Below are positions 8,396 to 15,862 of a stretch of 64,000 nt of DNA, piece after piece. The notes under the pieces are model-generated. The model ran no database searches. It saw only the letters and a list, made by a program, of their open reading frames with translations, and was not told the origin of the DNA. Positions within the stretch are counted from its first letter, which is position 1, and each line of letters opens with the position of its first letter. A program made the translations under genes and the position numbers. The DNA is from an uncultured Chloroflexia bacterium (GTDB lineage Bacteria > Chloroflexota > Anaerolineae > Fen-1058), in contig CAWJPR010000009.1 of the NCBI GenBank assembly GCA_963844815.1, forward strand, positions 604,899 through 668,898, given 5' to 3'.

Positions 8396-9577
8396 GTGCT
8401 GCTCGTCGGCCTGCTATCGTTCATTTACCATATGTTGCCGGCACTGCTGGGCATTATCTTTATCCTGTGGCGCGCCAATGCGTTTTTGGTCAAAGTGTTC
8501 CACCTGCCTTCGGCAGCCAATGGCTGGCCGCACGTCATAGGGATGATGTTTGGCTACATTTCGGCGGAGTTATCGGTCCATCACGGCAAAGTCGACCCAG
8601 AGGAATCCAGCAAGGCCGCGCAAATCATCGGGGGACCGGCTTTCCTCACCGTGGGAGAAAGCAATGCCGTTTTGTTGGAACATGGCGCAGGGTTCTCGCG
8701 CATCGTCGGAACCGGAGTCTATCAGCTGCGCCCGCACGAACAAGTGCGCGGTGTGGTGGATCTACAGACGCACTATCGTAAATTTCCCCACAATATTCTG
8801 ACGAAAGACGGTATTCCGATCAAGATAGAAGTCGATCTCACCTTCCGCGTAACGGAGAAAGATCTCCCGGAAGACTCGCCTTTGGTTCCGCCACCATTAG
8901 GCCCGCTTAATCGGCTGCGCCGGCGGCTGGGCCTGCTTGTGCGGCATGACGTCCTGGAAACCACGCAGCCCCATCGCTTCTCGCGTGAAACGATCCGGCG
9001 CCTCGTCTACGAAACGGCGATCATGTCGCCCGATCAAACGCCCGATTGGGCAACCATGTTCTATAACGCACACTCCGGCTATATCGTCGATCAGGTTGCC
9101 GACTGCCGCCTTGACGAGATCAGTGCGCCCGAGGATATACAAGCTCACTCCCGCGCCGAGATCGCCCGCAAAGGACTGGAAGATGCGCGCGCCGCCGCCT
9201 CGCCGCTGGGCATTGAGATTTTGGACATGACGTTGGGCGTGATCGAGCCGCAGGACCGGTATCAATATATTACTACCCAGATGATTACTAACTGGAAGAT
9301 CGAATGGGAGCGCCGCGCCAGGCTTCTGGAAGCTCAGGCTGAGGCGAAACGCACTCAGTCTTTGGAAGAAGCCCGCGCCGAAGCGCAGGCCAATATGATT
9401 CAAGCGCTCACCGAAGGCTACCGCATCGCGATGGGCGATGGTCATGATCCCCAGGTCTCAAGAGATGTCATCGCACTGCGCTTTATTGACACACTCGAAA
9501 CGCTGCTCGCCCGACAAACGCCAGGCACGCAGATTGATCTAGCGGCGCTGTTGCACCTGCTACGCGGAGAGTCTTAG
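8396..9577 (+). CDS. Module 2 gene B2b: TM + SPFH-like domain (C-terminal half of an A2-type protein)
   Basis: GTG at 8396 (an ATG at 8432 is an alternative) gives VLLVGLLSFIYHMLPALLGIIFILW. SPFH core: IIGGPAFLTVGESNAVLLEHGAGFSRIVGTGVYQLRPHEQVRGVVDLQTHYRKFPHNILTKDGIPIKIEVDLTFRV. The tail is a coiled coil. The track ORF start at 8288 overlaps B2a and was discarded. Confidence 0.65.
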   Translation: MLLVGLLSFIYHMLPALLGIIFILWRANAFLVKVFHLPSAANGWPHVIGMMFGYISAELSVHHGKVDPEESSKAAQIIGGPAFLTVGESNAVLLEHGAGFSRIVGTGVYQLRPHEQVRGVVDLQTHYRKFPHNILTKDGIPIKIEVDLTFRVTEKDLPEDSPLVPPPLGPLNRLRRRLGLLVRHDVLETTQPHRFSRETIRRLVYETAIMSPDQTPDWATMFYNAHSGYIVDQVADCRLDEISAPEDIQAHSRAEIARKGLEDARAAASPLGIEILDMTLGVIEPQDRYQYITTQMITNWKIEWERRARLLEAQAEAKRTQSLEEARAEAQANMIQALTEGYRIAMGDGHDPQVSRDVIALRFIDTLETLLARQTPGTQIDLAALLHLLRGES

Positions 9578-9598
9578 TCTTTCACAGGGAGGCCGATC

Positions 9599-10729
9599 GT
9601 GCCGGACAAATTTTCCATCCCCGATCTATTGAGCCTGTTGCAAGTCGATCGTCAAAACGCTGCTATCAGAATGGCCGTGGAGTCTGAACGCTTATGCCGA
9701 CGGCAACGCTACGAAGACTCCATCACAGTTGCCAACAATGCAGTGCTAATTGCGGGCCATAAGTCGGAACTACAAGGTGTTGCGCTACTATATTTAAGTA
9801 CGGCTCGATTTGCCACCGCAATGCCGGATGAACGCCAAAAGTCGATACGCGATTGCACGCGGGCTATTAGAGCATTAGCTGTCCACTCTCATAACCGTGC
9901 TATCGCACAAATCGTTAGAGCAAAATTCGAATTAGAGTCCGATGGTATGCACAATAAAGTCAGCGCTATGAAACATTTAAATGATGCGACAAAAACATTG
10001 CAGGCACTGATCGCTGACTCATACGAACATCAACGATTAAACGAAACAAAACTATATCAGGATCTGCTAGTCTTCGTAAAAGACAAAACCGAGCAACTGC
10101 ATTCTTCGCTAACCGAAATCGAACTATCAGACCGCACGCTGCCCACTCAGCCAATTCCAGCATCATCAATACCGGTCGAACAACCCGTAGTCAAACCGAC
10201 TCAGCCACAAGAGGTTCCGCCACAACAAACCGCCAGCTGGTCTCAACGTGAGAAAATTCAAGGCAAATTGCCGGTTCCGACCCGCCTGTTATGGCCAACC
10301 CCTGCGCCAACAAAAGTCGAACTATTCCCAATAGGGAATGGCGCAAGACTTGATTACATTGATGCCAGTCGACTTTCCATTGATGGCCAGCCTTTTTCAC
10401 TAGAACCAGTATATCCGGTTTCCAGCCATGATAAGGCAGTTCGGCTATTCGCTGGACAGCAGTACCTGGCCTATCACATTGACGGTAGTCCAAACCAGCG
10501 CGTGCTAGTTCGCAGCCAAGATCGTCCTGATCAAGTGCGGCAGTTTGTCGTCGTGTCTGATCCGACAGAGCCCAGAGTCTGGATTGATGATGCTGAATCC
10601 GATCCTCTTTTTTCCAATATTCATATTCTAGGTATTAACAGATCTTGGAGTACCGAGGATGCACCTGAAGTAAAGCCTCATATTATTGGTATAGTTGAAG
10701 CACTAATGACAGCCGTTAAGCTTGCCTAA
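9599..10729 (+). CDS. Module 2 gene B3: paralogue of A3 (helical N-half + conserved beta-rich C-domain)
   Basis: GTG start; 376 aa. C-domain: LDYIDASRLSIDGQPFSLEPV...QRVLVRSQDRPDQVRQFVVVSDPTEPRVWIDDAE...NIHILGINRSWS...KPHIIGIVEALMTAV. Confidence 0.55.
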   Translation: MPDKFSIPDLLSLLQVDRQNAAIRMAVESERLCRRQRYEDSITVANNAVLIAGHKSELQGVALLYLSTARFATAMPDERQKSIRDCTRAIRALAVHSHNRAIAQIVRAKFELESDGMHNKVSAMKHLNDATKTLQALIADSYEHQRLNETKLYQDLLVFVKDKTEQLHSSLTEIELSDRTLPTQPIPASSIPVEQPVVKPTQPQEVPPQQTASWSQREKIQGKLPVPTRLLWPTPAPTKVELFPIGNGARLDYIDASRLSIDGQPFSLEPVYPVSSHDKAVRLFAGQQYLAYHIDGSPNQRVLVRSQDRPDQVRQFVVVSDPTEPRVWIDDAESDPLFSNIHILGINRSWSTEDAPEVKPHIIGIVEALMTAVKLA

Positions 10730-10752
10730 ACCTTTTAGATCCGTGAGGGGTG

Positions 10753-10761
10753 TGCTATAAC
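10753..10761 (+). promoter_or_regulatory. Extended -10-like element TGCTATAAC upstream of module 3
   Basis: Third occurrence of the TGCTATA core, 18 nt upstream of the ATG at 10780. Confidence 0.3.
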
Positions 10762-10779
10762 ACCGAGGGCTGGTGAACA

Positions 10780-11820
10780 ATGTCCAAAAGACCTCAAGCT
10801 TCCCAAAGAATCAAAATACGCAACAAATCGCGCATTATTTATCGCGATTTGGAGGGCAAGTTCATTTCCAAAGCTCAATACGAAGAATTGAGGAAACGTT
10901 TGCAAGGGGATCTGGCTCAAACACCTCAGGGAACCACTGAGCCCAGCAGTATCACTGAATCAAACGCCGCCGCAAAGCGCAAAGTGTCACCAAGTTCAGA
11001 AGCATCTTTTACCAATACCGTCGAAGATACAACTTCCAAACGTACTCGACCTAAAGAATCGACAGGTACTGAAGCGCTTCATACCGCTGGCAATATGCGC
11101 AGTGGTGGCACCGACATTAAAGGCCAAGATGTCAAGATAGGAGGCGATGCCGTTGGCCGCGACAAAAAGTCTGTCCACAAAGGAGACATCCACCATTTTA
11201 GAAATCTGCTTGTTAATACCAAGCCGAACGATTTCTCCGAGAAGGTACGTGCAAAGTTCTTGCGATTACTAGGCGATAATGCTGTCCGACGCGAGATGCA
11301 GAAGGACATAGATAGTGAACGGCAAACTGGCCGGAGGTTGTCTTTCAATAGCAGCAATCTGAACGATCTCCCTTTGAACAAAATGGTTTTGCATGATGCC
11401 GATTTTGTGGGCGCGAAACTACGCAACTGTAAGTTGACACAAGCGGACCTGCGAAATGCTGACTTTCGGGATGCTGATCTAACGCAGGCCCAGCTACAGG
11501 GTGCAATCTTAGACGGGGCGAACCTGAGTAACGCAATTATGATCGATGCCGACCTCAGCGATGCAACGTTGAGGGGAACAAGACTGCACGGAACAAATCT
11601 CGAAGACAGTATCTTAAATCAGTCTGACTTGAGTGAAGCAGTGGCCTCTAGCGCGACGTCATTTGATCGACTAAAATGGCAAAAGCGAAATTGTTTAGGG
11701 CAAATTTGCAGTCTGTCAATCTTCGAGCAGCGGAGCTTTACGATGCTAACTTACAGGGAGCCGATCTTCAGCATGCCGATCTCAGCGGGGTGCACGCCCA
11801 AGGCGCAGACTTTCGCATGA
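10780..11820 (+). CDS. Module 3 gene C1, part a: protein with short N-terminal YRDLEGKFISKAQYEEL motif, low-complexity linker and pentapeptide repeats; frame lost near 11670
   Basis: Pentapeptide repeats ADFVGAKLRNCKLTQADLRNADFRDADLTQAQLQGAILDGANLSNAIMIDADLSDATLRGTRLHGTNLEDSILNQSDLSEA. The last ~50 codons (WQKRNCLGQICSLSIF...) are non-repeat text that overlaps the next ORF, in which the repeats continue. Confidence 0.6.
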   Translation: MSKRPQASQRIKIRNKSRIIYRDLEGKFISKAQYEELRKRLQGDLAQTPQGTTEPSSITESNAAAKRKVSPSSEASFTNTVEDTTSKRTRPKESTGTEALHTAGNMRSGGTDIKGQDVKIGGDAVGRDKKSVHKGDIHHFRNLLVNTKPNDFSEKVRAKFLRLLGDNAVRREMQKDIDSERQTGRRLSFNSSNLNDLPLNKMVLHDADFVGAKLRNCKLTQADLRNADFRDADLTQAQLQGAILDGANLSNAIMIDADLSDATLRGTRLHGTNLEDSILNQSDLSEAVASSATSFDRLKWQKRNCLGQICSLSIFEQRSFTMLTYREPIFSMPISAGCTPKAQTFA

Positions 11821-12527
11821 CTAACCTTCAAGGAGCACTCCTCACTGAGGCCGTACTTAGCAGAGCCAGTTTTGACGGGGCTGATTTGACTGGTGCCGAT
11901 TTGTGTGGAGCAAAATTCGACAACTGTCGTCTCCAAAACGCAAGATTGCATAAAACACGACGTGATTCTAAGACCATATTCGAGCCAGATTCTCTCCGCG
12001 TTTGGAATGCAGTCAACCCTGGCTTGACCGGCCAGCCTGACCCATCGGTTGCGTTAGGCTCATTTGAGCATGCATTCCTACATCAAGTCAATTTCTCCGG
12101 ATTTGATCTCACACGCAGTAATTTCAATCAGACAGATTTGACGCTTGCCAACTTAAGTGTTGCAAAACTGACGGGAGTCAACTTAATTCAAGTCAATCTT
12201 GATCATGGCATCTTGCAAGGTGCACACTTGCAGTATGCAAAACTAAACAACGCATATTTAGGCCATGCTAAGCTAAGGCGTGCTCACTTATATGGTGCCA
12301 ACCTCCAAAATGCTGACCTGCGACATGCAGATCTGCGCGGATCCGATCTGCGAATTGCTGATCTAAGTGGTGCCGATCTTAGGAATGCTGACTTTATCGA
12401 TGCCAATTTGGCTGGAGCCGACCTCGCGCTTGCAAATTTAACTGGAGCAACAATAAGCAGCCGACAACTGGCAGACGCACGTAACCTCACTGGCGCGACA
12501 ATGCCCGACGGTTCGATTCATCCTTAG
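11676..12527 (+). CDS. Module 3 gene C1, part b: pentapeptide-repeat protein (probable continuation of 10780 ORF after a frameshift)
   Basis: AKLFRANLQSVNLRAAELYDANLQGADLQHADLSGVHAQGADFRMTNLQGALL...LYGANLQNADLRHADLRGSDLRIADLSGADLRNADFIDANLAGADLALANLTGA. A TGA lies 3 codons upstream of the ATG in this frame. The ORF overlaps the previous ORF by 145 nt. Confidence 0.7.
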   Translation: MAKAKLFRANLQSVNLRAAELYDANLQGADLQHADLSGVHAQGADFRMTNLQGALLTEAVLSRASFDGADLTGADLCGAKFDNCRLQNARLHKTRRDSKTIFEPDSLRVWNAVNPGLTGQPDPSVALGSFEHAFLHQVNFSGFDLTRSNFNQTDLTLANLSVAKLTGVNLIQVNLDHGILQGAHLQYAKLNNAYLGHAKLRRAHLYGANLQNADLRHADLRGSDLRIADLSGADLRNADFIDANLAGADLALANLTGATISSRQLADARNLTGATMPDGSIHP

Positions 12528-12538
12528 GTAGGTGACTC

Positions 12539-14017
12539 ATGGCTCCACGTTCCTCTCGCCGATCAACGGCACGCACAACCAAGCAAAGCACACTCAGCCA
12601 AAAACCCACACGTACGTTTACTACAACCGCAGTGACCAGGAACTTAGGTCAGTCGCCTAGCGATCTAAAGCAATTAATTGAAAATCGACGAGAATTCCCC
12701 CATTCGGCTTCATTAGCCAGTCTGGTACGCTTAGACTGGCCCCGTCGCCAAGAACTATTTCCGCATGGACCCGGGGTGACCAAACCGGAACGCTTCGGCT
12801 TCAAAGGACGAGCCTATGATGTAGAATCCCTTGAACCGGGCGCCACAGGCAACAAGTTTGTCTATTTGTATCCTGAAAAGCGCTACTATGTGGTGCCGAT
12901 CCATGAAGAAGGGCAGTCGCCCGACGCACCACATCGCTTTCTGTTGGTGAGAAGGCGGGAAGTCCGAGAAGGGCCCGGCCCGCACATCGGTGTCATCGAA
13001 CCGCCTGAGCCGTCAGGCGAACCTTTTGCGCATCTTCATATCATCGCTGGCGAAGATGACAGCGCAATCGCTGAACCTGTACCACATACGGCTGGCATTG
13101 TCGAAGCGATCTTGACAGCCACAGACTCATCGCTTTCGACGACTCCACAAGCCAAGCAACCGGCAGTTGCGTCTCAGGTATTTAGCGAACCAGTTCCACA
13201 GAGCGAACAGCTGATCATGCAGCGTCTGGTGTGGCCTCCCACTGAGCCGCTGCTGGTCATCGACGCACCGGCCGGTATGAAGGGCTTAATGCCCGATTTC
13301 TTGAGTATCCGGCAGTTGTCCGTGCAAAACCGCCTTTACGACGTCAAGCCACTTGTTGGAAACGAAGCAGTCCAGTTGCGTTTGCGTCAGAAATATTGGA
13401 TTACCCCACTGGAAGATGCACCACATGGCGAACTGGCGTTAGTGCGTGAGCAATCACAGCCCGATCAAACCGAGCAATTCGTAGTTGTTAGCGAACCGAC
13501 ACAGCGCAGAGTCTGGATCGACAAAGCGGAGGCTCTCAAAGATTCCGGGCATCTCCACATCATTGGGGCAGAACGCGAATGGACCACCCACGATTTCTCG
13601 CTTGCGCATTTGGACATGACCGAACCACGCATTATCGGCATCATCGAAGCCGTTTTAGTTCCAGAGCCCGAAGCGATCTCTCCTCAAATCACAACTGAGC
13701 CAGTTCTACCTGAGCCCCAAATCATCAAACTGGCAAGCGGCAAAACGCGTTGGATGTACCGCAACTTTGATGGACAATTCATCTCCAAAGCAAGGTATGA
13801 AGCACTAAAGGGCAAAAGGCTCGGCCAGCCGCCCAAACCACGCAAGCGTGCTGCGTCCTTCAGTATCCCGCCTTCACCGATAGAACCTACACCTGCATAT
13901 CCCAATCGGATCGAAATGATTGCGCCTGATCTATTGCGCATGACCATCGAGTCACCATCTCTGATTCCGGTGCGTGAGTTCCTGGAACGATATACCTCGC
14001 AGACTGGAATCTATTGA
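12539..14017 (+). CDS. Module 3 gene C2: protein with two copies of the A3/B3-type beta-rich domain and a C-terminal YRNFDGQFISKARYEAL motif
   Basis: Copy 1: RAYDVESLEPG...RFLLVRRREV...HLHIIAGEDD...HTAGIVEAILTAT. Copy 2: RLYDVKPLVGN...LALVREQSQPDQTEQFVVVSEPTQRRVWIDKAE...HLHIIGAEREW...PRIIGIIEAVLVP. The tail KTRWMYRNFDGQFISKARYEALKGKRLG resembles the C1 N-terminus. Confidence 0.55.
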   Translation: MAPRSSRRSTARTTKQSTLSQKPTRTFTTTAVTRNLGQSPSDLKQLIENRREFPHSASLASLVRLDWPRRQELFPHGPGVTKPERFGFKGRAYDVESLEPGATGNKFVYLYPEKRYYVVPIHEEGQSPDAPHRFLLVRRREVREGPGPHIGVIEPPEPSGEPFAHLHIIAGEDDSAIAEPVPHTAGIVEAILTATDSSLSTTPQAKQPAVASQVFSEPVPQSEQLIMQRLVWPPTEPLLVIDAPAGMKGLMPDFLSIRQLSVQNRLYDVKPLVGNEAVQLRLRQKYWITPLEDAPHGELALVREQSQPDQTEQFVVVSEPTQRRVWIDKAEALKDSGHLHIIGAEREWTTHDFSLAHLDMTEPRIIGIIEAVLVPEPEAISPQITTEPVLPEPQIIKLASGKTRWMYRNFDGQFISKARYEALKGKRLGQPPKPRKRAASFSIPPSPIEPTPAYPNRIEMIAPDLLRMTIESPSLIPVREFLERYTSQTGIY

Positions 14018-14689
14018 CGCGCTTTACTTATTCTTTTCATTCATTGCAACTGGCGAAACAGAAGCGGTTAGAGAACTAACTCTTGAATTGGCGGAAGATA
14101 AAAGTGCCTTCGCAGTAATTAACTCGGTTTTGCAGAAGTATGAATTGAACCGAGGCGTTAAGCCGCTTCAGTTAGTCCGTTTTCATTATGGCTCCGATGT
14201 TGTAACTGATCTGCTCGGAATCGGTAAGATCGTTGAAGTTATCGTCTCATTCTGGGAAAGATTGAGGAAGGGTAAGTTCGAGGAAGATCTGCTCAAGGAG
14301 GAAATCCTTAAGAAGCGTGCTGAACGCCAGAAAGAAGAAGAATCACTCAAGCGAGATATCGAACAGAAGGACCAAGATGCTGAACTCAAAGACGAGGAGG
14401 TCCTTATTAGACGTGCTGAACGCAAGAAAATCGAGAACCAGAATGTTCGTGACTTTTTTGCAGCTGTGAGAGAAGGTCGAGAGTGGGCCTGTCGGATGAA
14501 GAAATCGGACGAGCATACGAATTCTTAGAGTCCACAGCTATGCCGCTCATGATCTCCTCGCCCCGTAAGCAGCACCAACCTCTTGCTTTGCCACCAAGGA
14601 AAGGGCCTGCAAGCGAACCCAAAGTTTTAACCGCCCCAAAATCCAAGTCTACCGACCGCAAGGGGAAAGCAAAACGCCAGAGACGCTGA
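13974..14689 (+). CDS. Module 3 gene C3: Lys/Glu-rich coiled-coil protein, read in two frames; start uncertain
   Basis: ORF 13974-14528 reads ...KGKFEEDLLKEEILKKRAERQKEEESLKRDIEQKDQDAELKDEEVLIRRAERKKIENQNVRDFFAAVREGRE. ORF 14483-14689 (GLSDEEIGRAYEFLEST...KGKAKRQRR) overlaps it, and the likely frame change is at 14455-14485. No recognisable family. Confidence 0.4.
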
Positions 14690-14731
14690 TTATTACCGTG
14701 GGAAGATCGAGTCTCCATAAGGAGAAATATC

Positions 14732-15628
14732 ATGCGTGTTAAGTTGTTTCTCTCCCAATCCGTCCGCGCCGCGCTCGCCGATCGTCAGCCCATCGTCGCG
14801 CTCGAATCGACGTTGATCACGCACGGCCTGCCGCGCCCGGTCAATCTCGAGGTGGCGCTGCGGCTGGAAGCCGTGGTGCGCGAGAACGGCGCCACGCCCG
14901 CGACGATCGCGATCCTCGACGGCGAGTTGTACGCCGGGCTTGAGCCCGATCAACTCGAGCGGCTGGCAAACGCCGACGATGTCCGCAAAGTCAGCCGCCG
15001 CGATCTGCCCATCGTCGTCGCGCAGAAAGGCCACGGCGCGACCACCGTCGCCGCCACGATGTGGGTCGCCGCGCAGGCCGGCATCCAGGTCTTTGCCACG
15101 GGCGGCATCGGCGGCGTGCATCGAGGGCAGCCGTTCGACGTGTCGGCGGATTTGCCCGAACTCGCGCAGACGCCCGTCGTCGTCGTGTGCGCGGGCGCAA
15201 AGGCCATCCTCGATCTGCCGCTCACGCTCGAATGGCTGGAGACGCACGGCGTGCCCGTGCTGGGCTTCGGCACGGAGACTTTCCCCGCGTTCTACTCGCG
15301 CAGCAGCGGCCTGCCCGTCGATGCGCGCTGCGACACGGCGGAAGACGCCGCGCACATCATCCGCGCCAAGTTCGAGCTGGGCCTGCCGGGCGGGGTGCTG
15401 ATCGGCGTGCCGGTGCCGGAAGAGTACGCCGTGGCGCCCGAAGACATCGAACCGGCGATTCAGCAGGCCCTGAAAATGGCCGAGGCCGAAAACATACGCG
15501 GCAAGGCCATCTCCCCGTTTTTGCTGAAGCACGTCAGCGAATTGACCGGGGGCGAGAGCCTGAAGGCCAACATCGCCCTGCTGGAAAACAATGCCCGCGT
15601 TGCCGCGCAGATTGCCAGAGCGTTGTAA
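14732..15628 (+). CDS. psuG: Pseudouridine-5'-phosphate glycosidase
   Basis: 298 aa: VALESTLITHGLPRPVNLEVA...VFATGGIGGVHRG...VVVVCAGAKAILDLPLTLEWLETHGVPVLGF, matching the PsuG/IndA family throughout. AAGGAG RBS. Confidence 0.9.
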   Translation: MRVKLFLSQSVRAALADRQPIVALESTLITHGLPRPVNLEVALRLEAVVRENGATPATIAILDGELYAGLEPDQLERLANADDVRKVSRRDLPIVVAQKGHGATTVAATMWVAAQAGIQVFATGGIGGVHRGQPFDVSADLPELAQTPVVVVCAGAKAILDLPLTLEWLETHGVPVLGFGTETFPAFYSRSSGLPVDARCDTAEDAAHIIRAKFELGLPGGVLIGVPVPEEYAVAPEDIEPAIQQALKMAEAENIRGKAISPFLLKHVSELTGGESLKANIALLENNARVAAQIARAL

Positions 15629-15633
15629 GGGAA

Positions 15634-15840
15634 CATCTTTCAAGCAGCCTTCAACTCTCCTTCATGTGCGCTTAAGCTGCCGCAGGCATACTGAGTGCTG
15701 TAGCAAATCCTTCCTCCAAATCTATTTCGCCCGACCCTTAGGCAAGGTCGGGCGATTTAGATCAAGCGGCTGCGCCGCATCTTTCAAACAACCCTCAGCT
15801 TCGTTTCATCTGGGTTTAAGCCAACTCTTGCATACTCTCA
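15634..15840. repeat. Two ~65-bp direct repeats (15634-15698 and 15778-15840) separated by a hairpin element
   Basis: catctttcaagcagccttcaactctccttcatgtgcgcttaagctgccgcaggcatactgagtgc versus catctttcaaacaaccctcagcttcgtttcatctgggtttaagccaactcttgcatactctcaat. Confidence 0.45.
15727..15758 (+). terminator. Hairpin TCGCCCGACC-loop-GGTCGGGCGA + TTT downstream of psuG (REP-like, copy 1)
   Basis: atccttcctccaaatctatTTCGCCCGACCcttaggcaaGGTCGGGCGAtttag. An almost identical element follows the PDZ gene. Confidence 0.5.
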
Positions 15841-15862
15841 ATAGTAAACGGAGGGGTGCAAA

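Noticed and set aside
14693-15643. 316-aa minus-strand ORF covering the whole psuG gene. The same pattern occurs at 15806-16948(-), 29272-30447(+), 34277-36094(-), 42197-43450(-), 50714-52315(+) and 45364-46407(+).
   Set aside because: Their products are Arg/Ala/Gly/His-rich low-complexity text with no recognisable motifs. The opposite strand encodes proteins with clear family signatures. Such long antisense ORFs are an expected artefact of high GC.
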